IMG/VR virus record: IMGVR_UViG_3300045988_163839
DNA: 33,440 nucleotides
Source of the DNA: a virus
Strand: one strand, 5' to 3'
Shown: positions 22,969-30,592 of the stretch, in pieces
Layout: every line of letters starts with the position of its first letter
Numbering within the stretch: the stretch's first letter is position 1
The notes under the pieces: generated by a model
Seen by the model: only the letters and a program-made list of their open reading frames with translations
Database searches by the model: none
Told to the model about the DNA's origin: nothing
Made by a program: the position numbers and the translations under genes

Positions 22969-23166
22969 TCACATACACATTAAGTAAACAACACTAGCTA
23001 CGCTTGTTTTATGATTATATAAATTCTCTATTTCTTTTATTTTTTTCCCCCAATCCAATCCCTCTTTTGCATATACAGGATTAGGCTCTTTTGCCGCCAA
23101 CTCATAGCAAGCCTTTTCAAATTCCTCATAAGAAGTGTTAGTTTTATCCATCTTTCTATAATCCAT
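22969..23166 (-). CDS. Hypothetical small protein (65 aa)
   Basis: RBS AAGGAGA. Lies within the cassette. Confidence 0.6.
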   Translation of the reverse strand: MDYRKMDKTNTSYEEFEKACYELAAKEPNPVYAKEGLDWGKKIKEIENLYNHKTSVASVVYLMCM

Positions 23167-23168
23167 TT

Positions 23169-23930
23169 CTATATCTCCTTATCTCTTATACTCTTTGCAT
23201 CGTCATAGCTTTTACTTGGTTTTATACTGTTCAAAAATTTCTCTTTTGGTAATTCTGTTTGTTTTCCTGTATATTTCCAAAAAATAACAGGCTCTTTTTC
23301 ATCCCGTTGCGCATCCCAGCCAGACGGTGCATATTGTTCATCAAATGGCGTCCAGCTGACAGGTTCAAAGCCATTTTTAGTGTAAAAGCCATAAAGTCCA
23401 CTAAATGCATCCAGCTTTTTTCCGCCGTTTTTCACAGCAAATGCGAGCATATCTGAACCGTTTACCGTGTCGCCCGGTTTCTTGCACACACCTACAATAT
23501 CCCCGTCAGGAGTTATCGCAATCGTGCTGCCACCTTTGGTAACATACTTTTTCGCATTCGGGTGTTCCTCGTCAAATTCTTTCGCCGCCGGAGAGCTTAC
23601 TCGCCATGCGTTTTCAGGCACAATCGCGGATTTTGCTCGTAACAAAGCGTCTACAAATTCCTCTGTATTCTTTTCATTGTTTGGCGATAGAGCACCTTCA
23701 CGCCCGACAGATTTCCGTAAACTTTCCGACAGCCCGTATTCCGCAAAATCTCTTGCCGGCTCGTCCGAATACTTACGAATTGCGTCAATAATGGTCAGCT
23801 TGTCTTTTGGAATCTCCTGCCGCAATCTCTTGGACATTTGCGCCGCTGTTTCCTGACTGTCTCCGCCATATTGTCCCGAGCTATCATCATATTCTTGTAG
23901 CTTTCCGCCGCCACCCTTCTTCTCCGCCAT
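23169..23930 (-). CDS. Protein with a GNAT-like acetyltransferase C-terminal domain (253 aa from ATG 23930)
   Basis: Strong RBS GGGGGAGGAGG before ATG 23930. C-terminus IAITPDGDIVGVCKKPGD..GSDMLAFAVKNGGKKLDAF..LYGFYTKNGFEPV resembles the GNAT core. Tentative. Confidence 0.55.
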   Translation of the reverse strand: MAEKKGGGGKLQEYDDSSGQYGGDSQETAAQMSKRLRQEIPKDKLTIIDAIRKYSDEPARDFAEYGLSESLRKSVGREGALSPNNEKNTEEFVDALLRAKSAIVPENAWRVSSPAAKEFDEEHPNAKKYVTKGGSTIAITPDGDIVGVCKKPGDTVNGSDMLAFAVKNGGKKLDAFSGLYGFYTKNGFEPVSWTPFDEQYAPSGWDAQRDEKEPVIFWKYTGKQTELPKEKFLNSIKPSKSYDDAKSIRDKEI

Positions 23931-23955
23931 TCGTGCCTCCTCCCCCAATAGAAAA

Positions 23956-24005
23956 GGCACTATCTTTAGTTTATCATGTTTATTCAACCATGTCAAGATA
24001 GTGCC
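23956..24005 (-). promoter_or_regulatory. Promoter flanked by an 11-bp inverted repeat (operator-like)
   Basis: Minus strand reads TTGACA (23996-23991), 17 nt, TAAACT (23973-23968). Inverted repeat is GGCACTATCTT (23956-23966) / AAGATAGTGCC (23995-24005). Confidence 0.55.
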
Positions 24006-24058
24006 CATATTTTTACACTACCATTTTAACATATAAAAAGGTGACATGGAGTGACATT

Positions 24059-24472
24059 TTATATTTTGTCAGATAAATTTTGTATTGCCTTATTCTTCCG
24101 TCGTATAAGATGACGTACTTCATACCCGACATCTTCCGCAACTTTCCAGTTCGGCTTACCGTCCATATAACAGCCGATGATTATATCCTGCTCGACAGGA
24201 TCCAATAATCCCACCGCCGCCGCCAGCTTATCTTCCTTATCGAAATACGCCTGCAAGGCCGCCATATGCCTTTCACGCTCTGTTTCTATCCGCACGGCCA
24301 AACTTTCAACCCGACTGTAAAACGCGTTCCCATGCGGCATTCCACCCGCCAGAGCAGATTGTATGCTGTCTCTATCGCCTTCAAGGTCCGCGATACGATT
24401 CTTTATTGCATTAGCACGCCGCCTTGCCGCGCGCAAATCTATAAGCAGCCTTTTTGCCTCTTCAAACGTCAT
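24059..24472 (-). CDS. Sigma-70 region-4-like phage transcriptional regulator (137 aa), candidate late activator/antiterminator
   Basis: C-terminus LDPVEQDIIIGCYMDGKPNWKVAEDVGYEVRHLIRRKNKAIQNL is a sigma-r4-type HTH. It is the last gene of the early operon. Confidence 0.65.
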   Translation of the reverse strand: MTFEEAKRLLIDLRAARRRANAIKNRIADLEGDRDSIQSALAGGMPHGNAFYSRVESLAVRIETERERHMAALQAYFDKEDKLAAAVGLLDPVEQDIIIGCYMDGKPNWKVAEDVGYEVRHLIRRKNKAIQNLSDKI

Positions 24473-24483
24473 AGTATCCCCCT

Positions 24484-24576
24484 TTAGTCTCTGTCGTCAA
24501 AATGCGCTATGACATAGGCTATCGCTATCGGGATTATAAATATCCCTGCAAAAAGTATGTATTGCCATAGCTTCAT
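24484..24576 (-). CDS. Unlisted 30-aa single-TM peptide (MKLWQYILFAGIFIIPIAIAYVIAHFDDRD)
   Basis: ATGA overlap with the stop of 24573..24782. Fills the gap to the next gene. Confidence 0.4.
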   Translation of the reverse strand: MKLWQYILFAGIFIIPIAIAYVIAHFDDRD

Positions 24577-24782
24577 TTTTCAATCTCCACTCCGAATCTC
24601 TCTACGATTTCCTTTGCTATGCTTCCGTCAATATACGGCTCAAATTCACCCGTCATCAGCTCGTATATCTCAAGCGCCGTTCCCTTTGCGATTTCATTCA
24701 AGATATTTGTAAGACGTTTCAGATCAACTTCGCGATAACAGCGCGCAAATTCTTCTAAAATGTCTCTCGCTTTTTCCCTCAT
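24573..24782 (-). CDS. Hypothetical early protein (69 aa)
   Basis: ATGA-coupled within the operon. Confidence 0.6.
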   Translation of the reverse strand: MREKARDILEEFARCYREVDLKRLTNILNEIAKGTALEIYELMTGEFEPYIDGSIAKEIVERFGVEIEK

Positions 24783-25066
24783 CCCAAATACTCCTTTACA
24801 AGTTTTTCAATAGCGCTTACAGTAACTGCCATACCGCAAGTATACATATCGCTGCTTTCAACTGCTTCCGATTTCAGCCTTTTTGCAAACTCTTTTATCG
24901 CTTCTCGCTTTACCTCATCCCCCTTTCGGTATCCTGCCGCATAAAGCGCTTTGACTTTTTTATACACATATATTTCTTCCCACCCACTTAAAACATCTGT
25001 TTCTTTTTCATAATAAGGCTCATAAAGAATGTTTCTCATCTCTTCTATCTGTTGCTTTTTGTTCAT
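24779..25066 (-). CDS. Hypothetical early protein (95 aa)
   Basis: Operon context. Overlaps the upstream ORF by 47 nt. Confidence 0.6.
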   Translation of the reverse strand: MNKKQQIEEMRNILYEPYYEKETDVLSGWEEIYVYKKVKALYAAGYRKGDEVKREAIKEFAKRLKSEAVESSDMYTCGMAVTVSAIEKLVKEYLG

Positions 25067-25214
25067 TTCTTCGCCCTTCTTTGAATACTCTTGCCCAGTC
25101 TATAGGCTTGTCCTCTATATAATGCACTTTCTTACATGCCAGGCATACTCTCTTTTCCGTCGTCATAAACGGCGTTACCGCGTACCCTAGCTCTTCTCCG
25201 CACTCGCATTTCAT
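25020..25214 (-). CDS. Small zinc-ribbon-like protein (64 aa)
   Basis: CxC...CxxC cysteine pattern (MKCECGEE...CLACKK). RBS AAGGAG. Confidence 0.55.
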   Translation of the reverse strand: MKCECGEELGYAVTPFMTTEKRVCLACKKVHYIEDKPIDWARVFKEGRRNEQKATDRRDEKHSL

Positions 25215-25223
25215 ATTTGCTCC

Positions 25224-25649
25224 TTAAAACGGCAAATCGTCGTCAGCTACCGATATAGGTTTCAGAGTATCGAGAGATACTCCTTCCTTCTGCGGCTTGT
25301 ACGCCGTCTCTCCGGGCTTGTCCTCCGACACCTGTTTATTCCCCAAAAATTCTACCTCCTGCACTATTATGCCTGTCGCCGTTCTATTGCGCCCTTCCTT
25401 ATCCGTGTAGCTTCGAGTCTGTATCTCTCCCACCACTGCCAGCTTGTCTCCCTTCTTCGTGTATTTCGCTATATTCTCCGCCAACCCTCGCCATGCCGTA
25501 CAGATTATAAAGTCCGCTTGCTTTTCCCCACTCGCGTCCGCATAATTCCTTTGTACCGCCAGAACAAACTGCGTATATGTTACTCCGCCGCTTGTCGTAT
25601 ATTTCTCCGCGTCCTTCGTCATCCGTCCTATTATTATACTCTTATTCAT
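25224..25649 (-). CDS. ssb: Single-stranded DNA-binding protein (141 aa)
   Basis: OB-fold SSB signature and acidic C-terminal tip DDDLPF. Confidence 0.9.
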   Translation of the reverse strand: MNKSIIIGRMTKDAEKYTTSGGVTYTQFVLAVQRNYADASGEKQADFIICTAWRGLAENIAKYTKKGDKLAVVGEIQTRSYTDKEGRNRTATGIIVQEVEFLGNKQVSEDKPGETAYKPQKEGVSLDTLKPISVADDDLPF

Positions 25650-25673
25650 TTCTATCTCCTTTTTTATAATCCA

Positions 25674-26507
25674 TTACAGGTCCTCGTAATTAAGACTGTC
25701 AAACTTGGCGTTCAGCTGTTCGCTTGTGTAGGTTTTTACGCTCTTGTTCTGTGCCTTGCTTAACTCCTTCGCTTTGTCCTCTTTATTCCACTTAAGTATT
25801 GTTGCTTTAACGTTAAACGTCGCTGTCGGTTTCTTTTCTAAAAAGGCGGCTACGCGCTCTAAATAATAGTCGGCGGCGTCTTGACCTATTGTCGCGCATA
25901 TGCTTGTATATTCCTCTTCAGTCAATAAATTGCTACCGCCATCCTTTCCTTTACTTTTCTCTTCTTTACTTTCCTTTACTTTCCTTTGGGGATTATTCGG
26001 TCGATTTACCCCGTTTGTCGGTCGATTATCTTCGTTTTTCGTCTGACTAACCTTTGAAAGATAATAAAAATGCTTTTCGGACAGATCTTTCATTTCCGAA
26101 AGAGACAACATCCAAATCGAATCGTCTATTACGACTGACTTGCGCTCTACGGTCGCTGAGTAATAGACAGCTTGTGAGCGTTTCGAGGTTATATTTTCGG
26201 GATAGCGGTCGCCGCTAAATAGTTCACACGCCACTAGCTCCTCAATAATCTCTGCAATCGTGTTTGCGTCAGGCTGATACTTACCCTGCAATATATCCAT
26301 CACGTACCAGATACAATCCTCTTTCTGCGATGATGTTTTATACGGTATGTAATAGCCTTTTTCCGAATACAATAACGTCAGTAATGCTATATATACTTCC
26401 GTCGCTAAGTATCCGTACTTCATTTTCGGTCTGCGCAATTTCTTATCTTTCTGTAAGGCTACGTCGAAGGGGAAATAATCCAATCCCTCTTTCTGCGGCC
26501 TCGACAT
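25674..26507 (-). CDS. Replication organizer/initiator with a DUF4373 (Lin1244-like) N-terminal domain (277 aa)
   Basis: LDYFPFDV...KYGYLATEVYIALLTLLYSEKGYY matches the family hallmark. Confidence 0.75.
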   Translation of the reverse strand: MSRPQKEGLDYFPFDVALQKDKKLRRPKMKYGYLATEVYIALLTLLYSEKGYYIPYKTSSQKEDCIWYVMDILQGKYQPDANTIAEIIEELVACELFSGDRYPENITSKRSQAVYYSATVERKSVVIDDSIWMLSLSEMKDLSEKHFYYLSKVSQTKNEDNRPTNGVNRPNNPQRKVKESKEEKSKGKDGGSNLLTEEEYTSICATIGQDAADYYLERVAAFLEKKPTATFNVKATILKWNKEDKAKELSKAQNKSVKTYTSEQLNAKFDSLNYEDL

Positions 26508-26509
26508 TT

Positions 26510-26839
26510 TTATTTATGCCCCTCCTTTGGTTCTATACCCAGCACCTGCGCCAGCGGACTATTCCTTTTCAATATTTCGTCCGCTCGTTTTCTGTTCTCG
26601 TTATACGCGTGCCTTGCCGCTCGTATATCCTCCGGCGAACCCCTGTTTGCTATCCTGTACCCTCTTTCGTTCGATACCGATATTACCGGACACTTCAGCG
26701 CTACCTCGTGCAGCATATCCCTCGCCGTCCTTTCATTCGTTCCGAACATACTCATCACCTCCTCCTTCGTCACCTTTTTTATTCTCATTACTCGCACCAG
26801 CTTATTCAGTTTTGCGCAATTCTCTTCGTTATGTATCAT
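26510..26839 (-). CDS. Hypothetical early protein, possible winged-helix (109 aa)
   Basis: ATGA-coupled. RBS AAGGAGG. Confidence 0.6.
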   Translation of the reverse strand: MIHNEENCAKLNKLVRVMRIKKVTKEEVMSMFGTNERTARDMLHEVALKCPVISVSNERGYRIANRGSPEDIRAARHAYNENRKRADEILKRNSPLAQVLGIEPKEGHK

Positions 26840-27516
26840 TCCGCGGCCTCCTTGTTTTTTGCCTTAAGTCGCCACTTTCCGCAAAGCTCCTTATCCAGCT
26901 TAACTGCCTGTAAATGGTACTTTTCCAAAAACTCGCTCTTGCCGGACGTATGCGCTTCCGTATGGTGCTCGCGGCATAGCGGCAGCGCTCTCATCCCCTC
27001 GTGCTCTATTTCCGTTCTGTCTCTGCCCATGCCCACCGCGTCCACGTGATGCAGCTCCGCTTTTCTTCCGCACACCGCGCACCTTTTGTGCATAAGACAG
27101 GAATATACATATTTTTCCACGTCCTCGCACAGCTCTCTCAGCGGTACCCGCGTCGGTATCTCATGCGCCAGTATAAAGTCCGTCAGATATGTTATAAAGT
27201 CCCTCGCCAGCGTCACGTCGCAGTCGGATAAACTGAATATCCCCTCTGCCATTCCCTTTAACTCGTCATGTATGTATTTCAGCTTAAACAGTCTTTTTAC
27301 ATATTCCGGCATTTCTCCCATGTACTCCGTTATTTCCTCCAGCAGCGCATATGCTCTTCTTCTCTGCTCGTTCGTTATTCTCCGACTGTCCTGTAATACT
27401 ATCCGACATTCCTTATATCCGCATCGCGCCAGCGCGGAGATATTTTCGTAATGCGCCCTTATTACCATTTCTCCGCGCTCGTCATAGTCCGTAATTCTGC
27501 CGTCGATTATTTCCAT
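26836..27516 (-). CDS. Putative HNHc-type nuclease associated with the recombination module (226 aa)
   Basis: CAVCGRKAELHHVDAVGMGRDR...LPLCREHHTEAH motif. Adjacent to the Sak-like annealase, as in many Firmicutes phages. Confidence 0.7.
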   Translation of the reverse strand: MEIIDGRITDYDERGEMVIRAHYENISALARCGYKECRIVLQDSRRITNEQRRRAYALLEEITEYMGEMPEYVKRLFKLKYIHDELKGMAEGIFSLSDCDVTLARDFITYLTDFILAHEIPTRVPLRELCEDVEKYVYSCLMHKRCAVCGRKAELHHVDAVGMGRDRTEIEHEGMRALPLCREHHTEAHTSGKSEFLEKYHLQAVKLDKELCGKWRLKAKNKEAAE

Positions 27517-27519
27517 TGC

Positions 27520-28164
27520 TTAGTCCTTAGCCGGCTTATACGCCTTTACCATTGCTATCAGATCGCTGTATTGCCGCTCCGTCAGCTCGTCATAGCTCTT
27601 TGCAGGTATTGCATTCATAAACATTATTATCCTGTCGTTGGGACACTTGCTCGCCAGCTGATGCTGTTTTACCGTCAGCTTCCTTCCGCTCTCCGCTATC
27701 CTCACATCGCTTGCTACCGACCTTTCCTCCGCCGTTTTCTGCGCGGGAATCGGGATATTTTCTTCCTCTTCTTTTTCGTTTTCCGGTAAATCCTCGCCCG
27801 CATAGATATATAATCCCAACCCGTGCCGCGCGCACGCTTTGGTCAGACTTCTTTGTATCGCCTTATTCACGTCGCAGCTCGTCACGCTTTCCAACGGTAT
27901 CGACTGGTTTCTGTTATTCATGACCGGCAGCTCCTCTATATGCTCGATGCCTTCTATGCTTACCCCCGTTTTCACCCAGCACGTGCGTCCGTCCGTATGA
28001 TAATTCCACCCTTGCGCGTTCTCATAAATTACATAGCTCGCCTCCGGGTATCTCTTTTTTACTTCTCCCCATGCGTATGCCCAGGCTAAATACGTCAGTC
28101 CGTTCTTCTGTTCCGTTTTGTCGTTTACGTTTACCGCATTTAATTCTTCAAAATAATTTCCCAT
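27520..28164 (-). CDS. Sak/Rad52-like single-strand annealing protein (DUF1071-type, 214 aa)
   Basis: LTYLAWAYAWGEVKKRYPEASY ... RSLTKACARHGLGLYIYAGEDLP motifs. Confidence 0.75.
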   Translation of the reverse strand: MGNYFEELNAVNVNDKTEQKNGLTYLAWAYAWGEVKKRYPEASYVIYENAQGWNYHTDGRTCWVKTGVSIEGIEHIEELPVMNNRNQSIPLESVTSCDVNKAIQRSLTKACARHGLGLYIYAGEDLPENEKEEEENIPIPAQKTAEERSVASDVRIAESGRKLTVKQHQLASKCPNDRIIMFMNAIPAKSYDELTERQYSDLIAMVKAYKPAKD

Positions 28165-28179
28165 GCTTCCGCTCCTTTC

Positions 28180-28464
28180 CTAAAAGCTTATTATGACGAT
28201 CTTCCGCGTTTCTTTATCGTACACTGCTTCGAGCGCGCTATGCCCCTCCGGCGTTTCTATTTCATATCCGGTTTCAAATCTTATCCGCTTTAAATCTTCC
28301 GTTAGCTCTGCCGCCGCCGCTTCTCCGCGCCACGCTCCGTCGCAATTCCTTTCATGCATCTTACACGCTTCTTCTATAAGAAAATACGCTCCGCACTTTT
28401 CGCATACGTACAAGGTTTCTCCTGTTCTCTTTTCCATTCTCTTGTCTCCTCCGGTTTTTATCAT
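28180..28464 (-). CDS. Small zinc-finger-like protein (94 aa from ATG 28464)
   Basis: ATGA overlap with the upstream ORF. CEKCG...HERNC pattern. Confidence 0.55.
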   Translation of the reverse strand: MIKTGGDKRMEKRTGETLYVCEKCGAYFLIEEACKMHERNCDGAWRGEAAAAELTEDLKRIRFETGYEIETPEGHSALEAVYDKETRKIVIISF

Positions 28465-28646
28465 ACCGTTGTTATACGGTATCCCATATACATATTGCTG
28501 TTTTCTTCTACCGCCTCTTCGCTTTCCTCTTCCTCGTCCATATATTCCACTTCCACTCCCAGCTTGTCCAATGCCGCGCATAATTCCGCTGCCGCGTCAA
28601 AATCCTTTACCTTTATTCTCTGTGTTTCCAATACTACTTCGTACAT
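28461..28646 (-). CDS. Hypothetical acidic early protein (61 aa from ATG 28646)
   Basis: RBS AAAAGGAG lies 8 nt upstream of ATG 28646. Confidence 0.55.
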   Translation of the reverse strand: MYEVVLETQRIKVKDFDAAAELCAALDKLGVEVEYMDEEEESEEAVEENSNMYMGYRITTV

Positions 28647-28753
28647 ATCTCTAACTCCTTTTAAATAGTTTCGTTCTTCTTTTTGTCTAAGAGTTTCAAA
28701 ATACAAAGCTACCAAACTACTCACCTACGCATACGCCTTTCCCCAACTGGACG

Positions 28754-28933
28754 TCACTGCTTGTCCCTCCTTGCGCTCAACCCGTTTGCGTCTCTCACAA
28801 ACCCCGACAGCGTATCTACTAATACCTTAAAGCTTCCTTCTGCAAATTCATACGCTCGCCTTATCGCCGTTTCCTTGTCCGAATATCCGTACCGTCTCAA
28901 TCCCTCGTCCCGTATTACCGTTACTATATACAT
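28754..28933 (-). CDS. Unlisted 59-aa ORF (MYIVTVIRDEGLRRYGYSDKETAIRRAYEFAEG...), first gene of the leftward early operon
   Basis: RBS AAGGAG lies 8 nt upstream. One codon below the 60-aa track cutoff. Confidence 0.5.
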   Translation of the reverse strand: MYIVTVIRDEGLRRYGYSDKETAIRRAYEFAEGSFKVLVDTLSGFVRDANGLSARRDKQ

Positions 28934-29034
28934 GCTAACACTCCTTCACTTTTGATATCCGTAATGGTATCCAAATAATTTTCTACAGTATCCAACAGTT
29001 TTTCGCCTGCTTCGTAAAGCGTTACTTCATTATT
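28934..29034 (-). pseudogene. Start-less fourth copy (d) of the small-ORF family, forming the 5' UTR of the leftward early operon
   Basis: Minus strand encodes ..NNEVTLYEAGEKLLDTVENYLDTITDIKSEGVL. About 80% nt identity to 32208-32290. No in-frame start, and the FLYYFIAALL segment is missing. Confidence 0.5.
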
Positions 29035-29073
29035 GCGCCAATGGACTATTCAATTTTTCTGAGCTTCACCTCT

Positions 29074-29102
29074 ATTTTAGAGCCGTTAAATATATTTGTC
29101 AA
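29074..29102 (-). promoter_or_regulatory. Leftward early promoter (replication/recombination operon)
   Basis: Minus strand reads TTGACA (29102-29097), 17 nt, TAAAAT (29079-29074). Confidence 0.7.
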
Positions 29103-29103
29103 G

Positions 29104-29143
29104 AAAAAAAAGAGGCTTTTGTTATAAAAAAGCCTCTTTTTTT
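29104..29143. terminator. Bidirectional rho-independent terminator after the recombinase gene
   Basis: Stem AGAGGCTTTT (29111-29120) / AAAAGCCTCT (29128-29137), with A-run 29104-29110 and T-run 29138-29143. Confidence 0.85.
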
Positions 29144-29151
29144 AAGTTGAA

Positions 29152-30567
29152 TTATTTTTTGAGCCGTAAATTTACTGTGATTCTGCTGCCGTCAACTATG
29201 ATATTTTTGATAAGATATTCTAGCAACGTGCGCTTTTGTCGCCGGTTGAGTATACTGTATTCTGCAATAGACTTTTTAATCGCTTCAGCGTTAGTCGGCG
29301 CGGACTGTACGGATTCAGTTTCTTTTTCTATCAGATTTTGCAGCTCCGCAATTTTAGAATCGTATTCGATTTTTCTTATAAGAAAAGTATCTTTATCAAT
29401 ATCGCCGGAAAGATACAGGTCAAGCAGTTTGCTTTGCGAGCGTTTTATCGCGCCTATTTCGCTCATCATTTTGTCTATGAGGCCGGGGGAGAAGTCGGCT
29501 TTGTTGTAATCGTCAATATTCAGATTGAGTACGTAATCCTCGACGATTTTTTCCAGCTCCTCGGCGCGGTAAATATCATTGTCGCATTTTGCCGGGTGAT
29601 AATTTTTATCGCGCTTAAGTCTGGCCGCGCAACCGTAATCCCGGTAACGGTAATGCTTGGTGTGCGTACCGTCCGGCTTTTTAGTGTAACGCTCATACAT
29701 TTTGCCGACGTATCGGTTTCCGCACCTTCCGCAAATCAGAAGTCCGGTTAAAAGATAGGGCGAGCTGTCCGAAAGCCGTTTAGTACGGTTTCTGTCAACT
29801 TGCGCCTGCGCCTGGAGAAAAAGCTCGTAAGAAATAATCGCTTCGAAATTAGTCCCTTTTGTGAGTTCTCCGCCGCGGTAACGGAAATAGCCGGCGTACA
29901 GCGGCCTTTCGATTATAGGCTTGCAGCACATTTGATTGTTGAAATATTTAACGTCCGGATAGGCTTCGCGGCAATAATCGTATAGCTTTCTGAAGGTATA
30001 ACCGTGATTAACGTATAAATCGAATATCTTGCGTATAATCTCGGCTTCGGATTCTTCAATGAGGAGACGGTCGTTTTTCTTATCGTGCCGGTATCCGAAA
30101 GGGCAGCGCGTTCCGGGACATGTATATTTGCCTTCTTTGGCTCTTGCGATTTTGCCCATTTCCATGCGCTCTACAATAGTTTCGCGCTCAAGTTCGGCAA
30201 AAGTAGCCATCATTTTTAATGCCGCGCGGCCGAAAGGAGAGGCTAGATCGAAATTTTCCGAAAGCGAATAAAGAGTTACGTTACATTTATCAAAGGTTTC
30301 GACAAGTTCTAATACGTCCTTGACATGGCGTGAAAGACGGTCAAGCTTATATACCAGCACGGTATTTATCTTGCCGTGCTGAATATCGTTCAGCATTCGC
30401 TCCATATTCGGGCGTAATAAATCTTTGCCGGAAAAGCCCTCGTCGGAATACGTATCGACGACAGCATACCCTTGCGCGCTTGCGTAGTGCAGTAATTTAT
30501 CCTTTTGCTCGCCTATGGAATATCCGTCGGTCGCTTGTTCCATCGTGCTTGCGTTAAACGCGAACAT
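29152..30567 (-). CDS. Large serine recombinase (integrase) body. The in-frame N-terminus lacks the Y-x-R of the catalytic YxRxS motif, so the gene is probably disrupted
   Basis: Resolvase-domain motifs STMEQATDGYSIGEQ, VLVYKLDRLSRH and FAELERE, a recombinase domain, a Cys-rich zinc ribbon and a C-terminal coiled coil. The ORF begins MFAFNAST instead of ..IYxRVST. Confidence 0.85.
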   Translation of the reverse strand: MFAFNASTMEQATDGYSIGEQKDKLLHYASAQGYAVVDTYSDEGFSGKDLLRPNMERMLNDIQHGKINTVLVYKLDRLSRHVKDVLELVETFDKCNVTLYSLSENFDLASPFGRAALKMMATFAELERETIVERMEMGKIARAKEGKYTCPGTRCPFGYRHDKKNDRLLIEESEAEIIRKIFDLYVNHGYTFRKLYDYCREAYPDVKYFNNQMCCKPIIERPLYAGYFRYRGGELTKGTNFEAIISYELFLQAQAQVDRNRTKRLSDSSPYLLTGLLICGRCGNRYVGKMYERYTKKPDGTHTKHYRYRDYGCAARLKRDKNYHPAKCDNDIYRAEELEKIVEDYVLNLNIDDYNKADFSPGLIDKMMSEIGAIKRSQSKLLDLYLSGDIDKDTFLIRKIEYDSKIAELQNLIEKETESVQSAPTNAEAIKKSIAEYSILNRRQKRTLLEYLIKNIIVDGSRITVNLRLKK

Positions 30568-30592
30568 AGAGTGCGGCTCTAATGTTCGACAT
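30554..30592 (-). pseudogene. Out-of-frame canonical N-terminus of the serine recombinase (MSNIRAALYVRV*)
   Basis: RBS AAGGAGGTGA plus an ATG at 30592. The TAA at 30556-30554 lies within 7 extra nt (TAACGCA, 30556-30550) relative to paralog 32390-32349 and the family consensus. Confidence 0.75.

Noticed and set aside
29068-29100. Partial resemblance of the leftward early promoter region (TTTAACGGCTCTAAAAT on the minus strand) to the reverse complement of the CRISPR-like repeat (AATAACAAGGCTCTCAAAC)
   Set aside because: The match is only about 60-70% over ~20 nt in AT-rich DNA. It cannot be distinguished from chance without a statistical search.
30554-30567. Programmed +1 frameshift at GTT TAA C to join the two recombinase frames (prfB-like)
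   Set aside because: The product would read YVRV-NA-ST. That puts two extra residues inside the invariant Y-x-R-x-S spacing. The slippery context is also poor for tRNA-Val re-pairing. An indel or pseudogene is more parsimonious.
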